From contig CAYVWL010000004.1 in the NCBI GenBank assembly GCA_964455475.1, positions 1-34,142 on the forward strand: a stretch of 34,142 bases of DNA, given 5' to 3'. Within the stretch, counting starts at the first letter, position 1. Every line of letters starts with the position of its first letter. The position numbers and the translations under genes were made by a program. Positions 1 through 8,946 of this stretch are shown here, one piece after another. The notes beneath the pieces are model-generated. The model saw only the letters and a list, made by a program, of their open reading frames with translations, was not told the DNA's origin and did no database searches. The stretch is from an uncultured Candidatus Saccharibacteria bacterium (GTDB lineage Bacteria; Patescibacteriota; Minisyncoccia; Phycocordibacterales; GWA1-40-21).

Positions 1-9
1 TGCACGTCT
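1..9 (-). ncRNA. 5' end of putative group I self-splicing intron (partial, continues beyond window)
   Basis: Exon end U33-G34-U35 can pair with intron GCA (U.G wobble at the splice site) around an AGACGU loop, forming a P1 helix. Only 9 nt are visible. Confidence 0.65.
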
Positions 10-43
10 ACAGGGGAGTGCTCTACCGTTGAGCTACGCCCGC
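10..43 (-). tRNA. 5' exon of intron-interrupted tRNA, most likely tRNA-Asp(GUC); 3' exon lies off the left edge
   Basis: Minus strand reads GCGGGCG TA GCTC AACGGTA GAGC A CTCCC CT GT|AGACGTGCA. Acceptor 5' strand, D-arm and 5' anticodon stem are intact, but the expected GGGAG 3' strand does not follow. Confidence 0.8.
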
Positions 44-157
44 GTGGCGATAAATCTCAAAAATGAGATCTATACTATTATACATAAAATTGCTTTTTGA
101 GCAATCCGAACACACCTCTTTTCTTAAGGGTATGACACTTTCATATACTACTAATTG

Positions 158-228
158 TTGCGGGGGCACGATTCGCACGTGCATCTCAAGGTTATGAGCC
201 TCGCGAATTACTGTTACTCTACCCCGCT
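158..228 (-). tRNA. initiator tRNA-Met (CAU), atypical D/T loops
   Basis: AGCGGGG...CCCCGCA-A acceptor with 1:72 mismatch, A11-U24 pair, anticodon arm CGAGG CTCATAA CCTTG, T-arm GCACG TGCGAAT CGTGC. CCA is not encoded. Confidence 0.88.
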
Positions 229-310
229 ACTGTTATTATTTCATTTTTTCATCATAAAAGCAAGGCATTGTTTTTCGTGGAAAAAATGCTATATTAAGCG
301 GGTTGTTCTT

Positions 311-381
311 GCCGATGTAGTTCAATGGTAGAACGGGGGACTCATAAGCCTCAAAAAATGGTTCAATTCCATTCATCGGCA
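311..381 (+). tRNA. tRNA-Met (CAU), probably elongator
   Basis: GCCGATG/CATCGGC acceptor, GTTC/GAAC D-stem, loop CTCATAA, T-arm AATGG TTCAATT CCATT. Lacks the Ile identity pairs C4-G69 and C29-G41. A31:G39 mismatch. Confidence 0.85.
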
Positions 382-388
382 CAATACG

Positions 389-410
389 AATAGCCACAGG
401 TGCTATTTTT
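389..410 (+). terminator. putative intrinsic terminator after tRNA-Met
   Basis: AATAGC-cacaggt-GCTATT followed by T-run. Confidence 0.45.
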
Positions 411-458
411 AATATTCTATGGTATCATAACAGCATAGTAATTTATGATACTAAAATC

Positions 459-809
459 ATGCCGTTAAAAGACCCCGAAAAAAGGAGAAAATACCATAAT
501 TATTATATGAAGGTTTGGTATCCAAAAAATAAGGAAAAACATCTCGGATACCTTAGAAACTTGAAGGATAAATTACTTAAATATATTGAGGATTACAAAA
601 GAGCCTGCGTATGCATTGATTGTGGAATAAGCGGAAAGGATTACCCCAGGATTTTAGATTTTCATCATGTTCGGGGGAAGAAACACTTTGATATCTCGGC
701 TCACTCCCATCGGACACTCAGTCTTGATAGGATAAGAGAAGAAATAAAAAAATGCGACATTGTATGTGCTAACTGCCATAGAATACGTACAATTTATAAG
801 AAGAAATAA
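459..809 (+). CDS. small free-standing HNH endonuclease (Zn-binding)
   Basis: CIDCG...LDFHH...KCDIVCANCHRIRT pattern, with a basic N-terminal helix. Confidence 0.8.
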   Translation: MPLKDPEKRRKYHNYYMKVWYPKNKEKHLGYLRNLKDKLLKYIEDYKRACVCIDCGISGKDYPRILDFHHVRGKKHFDISAHSHRTLSLDRIREEIKKCDIVCANCHRIRTIYKKK

Positions 810-1481
810 TTAGATATATTCAAACTCGCGGAAGACGAGTTCGTAAAGACCAATTACCCTCTTGGCTTCCCTTTCATTTATCATAAAATCCGAACCCTCA
901 TGAGCAATCTGATTCCTGATTTTGTGCGCTTCCCAGGCCGCCTCAATATTGGTAAAGTCACTGGGCTCGATGGACTTTAATTTCTCGCCAATACTTTCTT
1001 GCATATAACCCATCTTCTCCAAAATATCCGAGAGCATTATGTCACATTCCAATATAGCCAATTTCCAATCACTAGGGTTGGCGGAATTTATATGAGTGAC
1101 GACACTCTCCCATTTCTGATTTACGATCGGTTGCATTACATTGCTCTCCTTCACCATTTCTTGCCCAGGCAATTTCAGAGCGTCATGCATTTGCCGACGA
1201 TAGCGCATCAGATTATTGGCGGACCAGATCACCACGAAAATTAAGATCAGGGATAAGACAAAAGAAAAAGTAAACAGCTTCATCATAACCAAGACAGCAT
1301 AGTCTGGCAGAAGGAGTAAGAAATTCTTGCCTATTTCACTTAGATTTTGAGTAGTGTTATCTGGTAAAAATTTATTTGCCGAAAGAGTAAGCAAAGCAAA
1401 AACCACAAGAAAAGTAAAAAAGGTCATTCCTAAAAGAAGGGCGGGGCCGGGCGAACTGTCTTTGGATTTAGAACCTGCCAT
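810..1481 (-). CDS. membrane-anchored hypothetical protein with C-terminal HEPN/DUF4145-like RNxxxH motif
   Basis: Two hydrophobic N-terminal segments; C-terminus WKLAILECD...IGEKLK...AWEAHKIRNQIAH. Confidence 0.6.
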   Translation of the reverse strand: MAGSKSKDSSPGPALLLGMTFFTFLVVFALLTLSANKFLPDNTTQNLSEIGKNFLLLLPDYAVLVMMKLFTFSFVLSLILIFVVIWSANNLMRYRRQMHDALKLPGQEMVKESNVMQPIVNQKWESVVTHINSANPSDWKLAILECDIMLSDILEKMGYMQESIGEKLKSIEPSDFTNIEAAWEAHKIRNQIAHEGSDFMINEREAKRVIGLYELVFREFEYI

Positions 1482-1504
1482 GTGAGTATTTTACCAGATA
1501 ATTT

Positions 1505-2926
1505 TTAATTCTCAAAATGCTGAGCTACTTCAAACAAAGTATTTTCCCCGCCGGCCCGGGCCATAAGCTGTAGGCCGAGAGGTAGTTTTTTACCCTCCAC
1601 TTCCTTGAAACCACATGGCACGGACAAGGCTGGTAGGCCAGCCAAGTTTGCTGGAACGGTGAAAATGTCTTCCAAATACAGCTGAAGCGGGTCATTCACC
1701 TTCTCCCCTATCTTGAAAGCGCAGTCTGGCGTAGTGGGAGTGATGATAATATCCACCTCTTCAAAAGCCTTATTGTAATCGGCCTTTATCATATCGCGCA
1801 CAATATTGGCCTTGTTATAATAAGCGTCATAATAACCAGAGGAAAGGACGTAGGTGCCGAGAATAATCCTCCTCTTTGTTTCGGATCCAAATCCCCTGGC
1901 ACGGCTTTTGAAATAATCGTCTATCGAGTTCGCACCATTTTCACTGAGACCATACCTCACACCATCAAATCGAGCTAGGTTTGAGGAAATCTCGGCAAAG
2001 TTTAATATATAATAAGCCGAAAGAGAATATTTCAGATTTGGCAGACTAACTTCTTTTATTTCATAACCGGCTTTTTTCAAACTCTCGATTGTCTGCTCAA
2101 AATTTTTCAGAACTTCTCTGTTTAAGCCTTCCGACGGTATGGCATCTTTCGGAATACCAATGCTCATCTTTACATTTTGTTTTTCAATATTTGATTTTTG
2201 TATGCTGGTGCTATCCATTTCATCCTGTCCGGAAATAATATCATAGAGAATCTGCGCATCTTCTGCACTCTTTGCTATTGGGCCAATCTGATCAAACGAC
2301 GATACGGCAGCCATGAGACCATAACGGGAAACAGCGCCATAAGTAGGTTTGAGACCGACCAGGCCACAGAAACTTGACGGCTGACGAATGGACCCACCCG
2401 TATCCGAACCAAGAGCAACCAAAGCCATGTCCGCCGAAACAGCCGCCGCCGACCCACCCGAAGTTCCGCCTGGTACTCTCTCCAAATCATAAGGGTTTTT
2501 AGTTGCACCATAAGCCGAATTTTCCGTGGACCCACCCATGGCAAATTCATCCATATTTGTTCGGCCCAGAAAAACCGCCCCGGCCTCTTTTAATTTTCTA
2601 ATCACCGTGGCATCATAAGTGGCCGTGTAATTTTCCAGCATCTTGGATGCCGAGCTGGCTATCCGCCCTTTGATTAAAATATTATCTTTTACCGCTATAG
2701 GTATACCTGTAAGTAATGTCACATTATCTTTATTTTTTATTCTTTCATCCGCCTCTCTGGCTTGCTCTAAAACATCGGAAAAAACTTCAAGGTAGGCGTG
2801 AATATCGCCATCCTTTTCTTTTATATTATCTAAATAAGCACTCGCCAAATCCATAGCCGAATATTCTCCACTCACCAGGGCCTCATGTGCTTTCCTAATT
2901 GTTAATTCTTTTAGATTTATCTTCAT
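1505..2926 (-). CDS. gatA: Asp-tRNA(Asn)/Glu-tRNA(Gln) amidotransferase subunit A
   Basis: Amidase signature GGTSGGSAAAV...GSDTGGSIRQP, SSNLARFDGVRYG, RRIILGTYVLSSGYYDAYY. ATG at 2926 preferred over upstream TTG. Confidence 0.97.
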   Translation of the reverse strand: MKINLKELTIRKAHEALVSGEYSAMDLASAYLDNIKEKDGDIHAYLEVFSDVLEQAREADERIKNKDNVTLLTGIPIAVKDNILIKGRIASSASKMLENYTATYDATVIRKLKEAGAVFLGRTNMDEFAMGGSTENSAYGATKNPYDLERVPGGTSGGSAAAVSADMALVALGSDTGGSIRQPSSFCGLVGLKPTYGAVSRYGLMAAVSSFDQIGPIAKSAEDAQILYDIISGQDEMDSTSIQKSNIEKQNVKMSIGIPKDAIPSEGLNREVLKNFEQTIESLKKAGYEIKEVSLPNLKYSLSAYYILNFAEISSNLARFDGVRYGLSENGANSIDDYFKSRARGFGSETKRRIILGTYVLSSGYYDAYYNKANIVRDMIKADYNKAFEEVDIIITPTTPDCAFKIGEKVNDPLQLYLEDIFTVPANLAGLPALSVPCGFKEVEGKKLPLGLQLMARAGGENTLFEVAQHFEN

Positions 2927-2963
2927 CTTCTTTATAACTTTCAACTTTATTAACTTTACAAAC

Positions 2964-3251
2964 TTACAGTATTTTTTTCACTTTCAAATAATTCCCCTCT
3001 TTTCTTGGAAATTCCACCACAATAGTCTCGGTATTACTTCCCCTCTTGTTCATATTTTCATCTTCTCGCATAACATTTTTCAACTCCCCAACTTTATGAC
3101 CTGATGAACTTGATAACTTTACAACTTCTTTTATTTGATCCACATAACCCAAAATCGCCCCTATCTCTTTCAGATAGGTCTGCTTTTCTGTTTCGCTCAA
3201 CTCAATCCTGGCCAATTTCGCCAGCTTTTCAATATCTTTAATTTCTATCAT
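2964..3251 (-). CDS. gatC: amidotransferase subunit C
   Basis: IEKLAKLARIEL...ILGYVDQI...NVMRED...YLKVKKIL; adjacent to gatA; ATG at 3251. Confidence 0.93.
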   Translation of the reverse strand: MIEIKDIEKLAKLARIELSETEKQTYLKEIGAILGYVDQIKEVVKLSSSSGHKVGELKNVMREDENMNKRGSNTETIVVEFPRKEGNYLKVKKIL

Positions 3252-3275
3252 ACCCTGAAAGAATAGCACAAAAGG

Positions 3276-5276
3276 CTAAGAAATTAAACCCAGAAACTCT
3301 TTTTCATCTATTACTTTCACGCCCAGTTTTTGCGCCTTGTCCAGTTTGGAGCCAGCATTTTCTCCAGCCACCACGTAGGAAGTCTTGGCAGAAACAGATT
3401 CGGATATTTCTCCACCAAGGGCGCGGATCTTTTCCTTGGCCACATCACGATCCATGGCGGATAATGTACCTGTCAGAACAAAGGTCCTTCCGGTAAGCTT
3501 TCCCGTTTTTTCTTCAAGGTGAAACCTTGATACTTTTACCTGTTTTAATAGATTCTCCAATAATTTCTGATTACTTTTATCAGAAAACCAATCTACAAGG
3601 GCCTGCGCCACCACCGGCCCAACGCCATTAAGATTTTGTAATTCTTCAAAACCGGCCTGTCTTAATTTTTCCAAACTGCCAAAATGATTTGCCAAATCAA
3701 TAGCGGTCTCTTCACCCACCTGCGGTATAGAGAGACCAACCAGCAATTTTGGTAGGCTCACCTGCCGGGCTTTCTCCACCGAAGCCAGTAAATTATCCAC
3801 AGACTTTTCGGCAAAACGAGGTAGTGACAGCAAGTCACCTCTTTTCAAGGTAAACAAATCATCATAGGAAGAAATCAAATTATTATTCAAGAGGACGTCA
3901 ATAATTTTTGGTCCACAACCATCCATATCAAAAGCTTTCTTGGACACAAAATGATAGAACTTTCGGCGTTTTTGGGCAAAAGAATCTTTACTGACACAGC
4001 GCCAGGCTACTTGTCCCGGCACCCGCTCTATCCGCCCATCACCGCCACAGTCAGCCACCCGCTCTGGGAATTTATAGGGTTTTTCCTTGCCGGTGCGTAA
4101 ATCTTTTAAGACTTGGACAATATCCGGTATCACATCCCCCGCTTTTTGCAGTACCACCGTATCACCCACGCGTACATCCAGTCTCTTTATTTCATCTTCA
4201 TTATGCAAAGTCGCTCGAGACACCACGGAGCCCGCCACCAATACAGCACGTAGATGCGCCACAGGAGTGAGTACACCAGTGCGCCCCACCTGAAGGACAA
4301 TATCCTCCACCACGGTGGTCACCTGCTCCGCTGGAAATTTATAGGCCACACCCCACCGCGGAGTCTTACCCGTATAACCCAAAGCCTCCTGGATTTTATA
4401 AGAATTGATCTTTATTACCATACCATCCAGCCCATATTCCATTTTATCTTTCTTCTTACTCCACTCTTCATAATATTTCTGAATCTCGGCTATGGAGCTG
4501 ACCACTTTAAAATAAGGATTGGTCTTGAAGCCCAGATCCTTTAATAAGACCAATTCCTCTCCTTGGGTGGCTGGCCTTTTCACCCCCACCACTTGATCAA
4601 TATCATAGATAAAAGTATCCAACTTTCTCTTGGCGGTCACCTTGGGATCCAGCTGACGGATGGAGCCCGCCCCGGCATTCCTGGTATTCGCAAAAACTAG
4701 CTCACCCGCCCGCTCTCGCTCCTTATTTATTTTGGCCAATTCTGCTTTATTCATCCAGGCTTCCCCCACAGCAATCAAATCCACTTTTCTTTGCAGGAAA
4801 AAAGGAATGGATTTTATAGTCTTTAAATTTTCTGTCACATTTTCCCCCGTCTGCCCGTCCCCACGAGTGGCCCCCTGGACAAACTCGCCAGCCTTGTAAG
4901 TCAAAATCACTTTCAATCCATCAATTTTTAATTCACAGCAATAATCCAGCTTTTCTGATTTCAAGCTGGGCTCCTTTTCTATCATTCTCTTGATCTTCTC
5001 TTCCCACTTTTGCAATTCGCCAAAATCAAAAACATCGTCAAATGACCACTGCCTCACCTCATGCTTCACTTTTTTAAATTCCTTTAATACGGCTCCACCT
5101 ACCCGCTGAGACGGACTTAGTGGAGAAATAAGCTCCGGGTGCCCAGCCTCAATCTCCAGGAGCTCCCGCATTAGCGAATCATAAGCTTCATCCGTAATCT
5201 CCGGCCGGTCCTCTACATGGTAGAGATACTGATGATGCTCTATAGCTTTGATCAGTTTTTCATAACGGTCTTTCAT
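3276..5276 (-). CDS. ligA: NAD-dependent DNA ligase
   Basis: ELKIDG adenylation motif, TRGDG, QVGRTG, ATLHN, KAGDVIP, HhH repeats, C-terminal BRCT domain. Confidence 0.98.
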   Translation of the reverse strand: MKDRYEKLIKAIEHHQYLYHVEDRPEITDEAYDSLMRELLEIEAGHPELISPLSPSQRVGGAVLKEFKKVKHEVRQWSFDDVFDFGELQKWEEKIKRMIEKEPSLKSEKLDYCCELKIDGLKVILTYKAGEFVQGATRGDGQTGENVTENLKTIKSIPFFLQRKVDLIAVGEAWMNKAELAKINKERERAGELVFANTRNAGAGSIRQLDPKVTAKRKLDTFIYDIDQVVGVKRPATQGEELVLLKDLGFKTNPYFKVVSSIAEIQKYYEEWSKKKDKMEYGLDGMVIKINSYKIQEALGYTGKTPRWGVAYKFPAEQVTTVVEDIVLQVGRTGVLTPVAHLRAVLVAGSVVSRATLHNEDEIKRLDVRVGDTVVLQKAGDVIPDIVQVLKDLRTGKEKPYKFPERVADCGGDGRIERVPGQVAWRCVSKDSFAQKRRKFYHFVSKKAFDMDGCGPKIIDVLLNNNLISSYDDLFTLKRGDLLSLPRFAEKSVDNLLASVEKARQVSLPKLLVGLSIPQVGEETAIDLANHFGSLEKLRQAGFEELQNLNGVGPVVAQALVDWFSDKSNQKLLENLLKQVKVSRFHLEEKTGKLTGRTFVLTGTLSAMDRDVAKEKIRALGGEISESVSAKTSYVVAGENAGSKLDKAQKLGVKVIDEKEFLGLIS

Positions 5277-5280
5277 ATCT

Positions 5281-5730
5281 TTAATAGGATTCCTGTATCG
5301 CCCTCTCTAATTTACCATCATCCGCGGAGTCATACCCTTTCGCTATTATTGTTGTTTCAATTTTTGTTGTCTGAGTTGCTTCACCTGGTCTGGATTTTTC
5401 TATTTTGACACTATAATTAGGACCAGTACTATCTCCAGAAACAACAGTACCAGTTATGGTAGTTGAGGTGGAATACGCATTCAATATGTTTGTATCAAAA
5501 ATTAAGATATCTCCCAACTTTATATCATGATAGAGCACATACTCTCTTCCACTATCCGCCGCGTAAAAAGCATGAATGGAACGTTCCGCCGCGGTGGCAA
5601 TAGCGAGCTCCTTTAAGGCAATATTGAAAATCGAAAGACCGATGGTTAAAAGTAAACTACTCACTAATACAGAAAATAATAGGGCGAAACCCCCGCTTCT
5701 TTTTATTTTTTTATCTATATTTTTTAACAT
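5281..5730 (-). CDS. minor pilin, PilX/GspK-like
   Basis: Class III signal G|FALLF lacking Glu5; AFYAADSG motif; last of the minor pilin set. Confidence 0.75.
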   Translation of the reverse strand: MLKNIDKKIKRSGGFALLFSVLVSSLLLTIGLSIFNIALKELAIATAAERSIHAFYAADSGREYVLYHDIKLGDILIFDTNILNAYSTSTTITGTVVSGDSTGPNYSVKIEKSRPGEATQTTKIETTIIAKGYDSADDGKLERAIQESY

Positions 5731-5741
5731 TTCATTCCTTG

Positions 5742-5779
5742 TCCCGTAGTAAGAAATTCCGATTTCTTTACTACTGGGA
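5742..5779. repeat. palindromic element (CCCGT family)
   Basis: TCCCGTAGTAAGAAAT-tccg-ATTTCTTTACTACTGGGA. Confidence 0.7.
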
Positions 5780-6307
5780 TTAATAATTATAAATCATGGT
5801 ATTTACATCCACACTTCCATCCCCCCAGGTGACCACCACATTAATCTTAGCTTCCACTCCAGCAACAGTTTCAGTGATATTTATCTTTCTCTTAAAACTT
5901 GTATTATTTGAACTAACATTATATCCATAAAAACCATTGCTATCTTTGTATAAGACACCACCTGTGTCCGCAAAAACATAACCTGAACCATTTGCCACTC
6001 CATTTGGAGAATCATAGATTGTATCTATAGCACACCAGGCACTAGCACCGACACAATTAACTCTAAATTGATTGAGCCAATCAGTCTTGTTCAAAAAATT
6101 CTCATCTTTTTTATTCTTGATATATTCAATAGCGTCCTGGACCAAATATGAAGCGATCATTTGATTCTTCGTATAGATGGCGGAAGACAAACCCTTCTGC
6201 GCAATAGTGATAGGTGCCACCACCGCCACCATTAAAATAGAGATAGCTACTAAAGCCTCCAAAAGAGTGAAACCTCGGCTATTCTTTTTTATGTTAAATT
6301 TAATCAT
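5780..6307 (-). CDS. minor pilin, PilV-like
   Basis: RG|FTLLEALVAISIL N-methylation site. Confidence 0.8.
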   Translation of the reverse strand: MIKFNIKKNSRGFTLLEALVAISILMVAVVAPITIAQKGLSSAIYTKNQMIASYLVQDAIEYIKNKKDENFLNKTDWLNQFRVNCVGASAWCAIDTIYDSPNGVANGSGYVFADTGGVLYKDSNGFYGYNVSSNNTSFKRKINITETVAGVEAKINVVVTWGDGSVDVNTMIYNY

Positions 6308-6894
6308 GGGTTAATAGGCAATATTCTTTTTCTCTGTGACACGCTGGTCTGCAAATCAAATTCTGTCTTTATTTTATCCTTTACCCCCGCCTCCCCTTTG
6401 ATGGTCATAATCATTTTGGGTTGATTTGTAATACCAGCACTATTCAGAACGTAAAAAGTCAAATTATTAATATCCACCTCTCCAGAAGTAATACTCTGAT
6501 AAGGACCGTTGAAATCACAATTTGTGGCACCAACCTCAATGCACTGCTGAATTACACCCACAGGACCAGAATTATCAAATTTATAATACACAAAACCAGC
6601 ACCAGTTGCCTTGGGAGACTTATATTTAATTATATTTCCGCCGTCAGAACAGTCTCCGCTTGGCTCATTATCTCTAGCACAAGCATAATCCGTCCCCATC
6701 CTCATATCCTTGGAAATTCCTTCCAGTGCAAAGCTGATATTATTAATGGCGGTTTTGATGGCCCGGGCTTTATTGTTAGCATCTATCACATTTAACAAAG
6801 CGCTCATAGCCGTCACCATCACCACGGAAAAAACGGCGATGGCTACCATCATCTCCACCAATGTGAATCCTCTTTTGTCCTGCTTTCTTATCAT
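6304..6894 (-). CDS. minor pilin, PilW/PulJ-like
   Basis: RG|FTLVEMMVAIAVF; 4-nt overlaps with both neighbours. Confidence 0.8.
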   Translation of the reverse strand: MIRKQDKRGFTLVEMMVAIAVFSVVMVTAMSALLNVIDANNKARAIKTAINNISFALEGISKDMRMGTDYACARDNEPSGDCSDGGNIIKYKSPKATGAGFVYYKFDNSGPVGVIQQCIEVGATNCDFNGPYQSITSGEVDINNLTFYVLNSAGITNQPKMIMTIKGEAGVKDKIKTEFDLQTSVSQRKRILPINP

Positions 6895-7484
6895 TGATTA
6901 ATAATTTCAATTAAACCGTTGGATTGAACATGCACTTTCCTAGTACTTCCATCAACACCTTTTAACACAATTGTCGCTTCTGGTCTTAAATTATTCACAG
7001 AATTAAATTTTATCAAAGCATCAGGATTTGGCCTCTTAAAGACAATATCTAACTTCGTCTTACTACAATCTGCACCCTCACAAAGCTTATCAATATAATT
7101 TCCTCTTTTGATACTGTACTTATTTACGCAACCTTCAGAAGTAATACACTCACCTGGTGTACCATCAAAAATACCATTTGGTGTTACATCACTATCCGCA
7201 AATAAGACAAAGGATTTATTATTTGCCCCAGTTTGAAAATGAACACCATAAGCATAAAATTTTCCGCCACTACCTGTATCAAATTCCTTAATATTTATGC
7301 CATAGTTTTGCGCTTGGCGGATAGTGAGTGCGGTATCATAAGCCAAATTGGTCAGTAAAATAGTGCTGTTAAACTTGGTCTGATTGAAAAGCACAATACC
7401 AGTAAGAAGCACAAAAATAGTGATAGTGACAAGTAGTTCCACGAGAGTGAAACCCTGCTGATTTTTTACTCTTAAGACAGACAT
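6891..7484 (-). CDS. minor pilin, FimT/FimU/GspH-like
   Basis: QG|FTLVELLVTI, IRQAQ, C-terminal VQSNGLIEI; ATG at 7484 follows TGtTATAAT-N6. Confidence 0.78.
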   Translation of the reverse strand: MSVLRVKNQQGFTLVELLVTITIFVLLTGIVLFNQTKFNSTILLTNLAYDTALTIRQAQNYGINIKEFDTGSGGKFYAYGVHFQTGANNKSFVLFADSDVTPNGIFDGTPGECITSEGCVNKYSIKRGNYIDKLCEGADCSKTKLDIVFKRPNPDALIKFNSVNNLRPEATIVLKGVDGSTRKVHVQSNGLIEIINQ

Positions 7485-7501
7485 GGAGATATTATAACAC
7501 A

Positions 7502-8335
7502 CTATGGTATCAAAAATCCTAACCCTAAAACATCAAAACCAAAGAAGTAGACGAGAAGGAAACCCAGGATGAGAAAAGGCGCAAAAGGCACCTCCGTCTT
7601 TCTATCTATCTTTAAGCCATGCCATTTGAATTTAGACAGAGCCATAAGCGCGAGGCCATACACCGCCCCCGTCCAAAAAGCCAGGATAATGGCAGACAAG
7701 CCCAGTATCGGCCCCAAAAACCAGCCAATACCAAGTACAAGCTTTGGATCCCCCAGCCCCATCCACCGCCCACGGGAAATAAGCCAGATCAAGAAAAGCG
7801 GTAAGGCCAAGAGTGGCCCAGCCACCAAATACCAGATCAAATGCGTTTTGACTTCCGCTGGTGTGCCGTCCATTTGAAAAAAATCCAAGGCAATCTTTAT
7901 AAGTGCCAAGACTCCAAAGGTGACTACCAGGCCATCCGGAATTATTTTATGCTTTATATCATAGACAGTGATAACAACTAACACTGAAATAATAATGAGA
8001 GAGATAAGCAAATACCAGGTATCAAACACTAATCCACTCAAACCAAAATATTTTATCAAGATAAAGACAAAGAGTGCCCCGGTCAAACCCTCAATCACCG
8101 GATACTGCCAAGATATTTTACTCTGACATCCCCGGCACTTCCCTTTCTGTATAATAAAGCTAAGAACTGGAATAAGTTCCAAGGGACCCAACTTTTTACC
8201 GCAGGAAAAACAAAATGACCGCCCACGTAGGGCGGAGACACCGGTGTTGTATCGTAAAATCAAGACGTTCAGAAAACTACCCACAATCGTCCCAAAAATA
8301 AAAACAAAAATGTAAAAAATTATCTCCGTAATCAT
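7502..8335 (-). CDS. pilD: prepilin peptidase (A24)
   Basis: GSFLNV, two CxxC pairs, YDIKH and MGLGDPKL catalytic aspartates, VPFAPFL. Confidence 0.95.
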   Translation of the reverse strand: MITEIIFYIFVFIFGTIVGSFLNVLILRYNTGVSALRGRSFCFSCGKKLGPLELIPVLSFIIQKGKCRGCQSKISWQYPVIEGLTGALFVFILIKYFGLSGLVFDTWYLLISLIIISVLVVITVYDIKHKIIPDGLVVTFGVLALIKIALDFFQMDGTPAEVKTHLIWYLVAGPLLALPLFLIWLISRGRWMGLGDPKLVLGIGWFLGPILGLSAIILAFWTGAVYGLALMALSKFKWHGLKIDRKTEVPFAPFLILGFLLVYFFGFDVLGLGFLIP

Positions 8336-8340
8336 TTTAT

Positions 8341-8856
8341 TTATGGATGAACATCAAACATTATTAAGTCAGGAATGTTAGTACCATCAAAACCTAAAGA
8401 ACTGTTGACTCCACAATAATCATAACTACCGGTTTTAGTTTTCTCAGGAGTCCCTATTGGCATGGAGTTAAACTGATCGGTAGTATCTATCTGCTCACTA
8501 CCCATCTCTAATTCCGTTCCTAAATGATAGAAAGTACACTTTGAACCATTTCCTTTTTTTAGGGGAACATACTTATAATTATATTTCGGGTCAGAGGTGG
8601 GAGGATTTTGAGTATCAGAAGTGATATATTTATCAGCCACCAAAATATCCAAATTTTGTGGATATCCTAGACCTGAATTCTGACTATAATAAAGCGACAG
8701 ACCCAGCTGAATAGCCGAAATATCCGCCACCCGCTCCGTATCCCGATTTTTCTTCCGGATATTATTTATGGAGGGCAAAATAATCGCCGTCAGAATGGCA
8801 ATGATGCCAATCACCACAATCACCTCTATTATCGTAAATCCTCTTTTTATCTTCAT
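8341..8856 (-). CDS. type IV pilin / GspG-like pseudopilin
   Basis: RG|FTIIEVIVVIGII...RDTERVADI...YP. Confidence 0.85.
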   Translation of the reverse strand: MKIKRGFTIIEVIVVIGIIAILTAIILPSINNIRKKNRDTERVADISAIQLGLSLYYSQNSGLGYPQNLDILVADKYITSDTQNPPTSDPKYNYKYVPLKKGNGSKCTFYHLGTELEMGSEQIDTTDQFNSMPIGTPEKTKTGSYDYCGVNSSLGFDGTNIPDLIMFDVHP

Positions 8857-8946
8857 TTGTTTATTATATCACCCCGTAGTAAATTTTGCCAAAAGAAAAA
8901 GTGAGGTATTATCCCCACTCTTTCCTATAATCATATTTACTTTAGA

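Noticed and set aside
1-43. tRNA-Tyr(GUA) reading of the edge tRNA
   Set aside because: Bases after CTGTAGA cannot pair with the CTCCC stem; the intron model explains them better.
311-381. tRNA-Ile2 (lysidine) assignment
   Set aside because: Lacks C4-G69 and C29-G41, and a UAU Ile tRNA is present; not fully excluded.
1505-3251. gatB missing next to gatCA
   Set aside because: Split gat operons are common; absence from the window says nothing about the genome.
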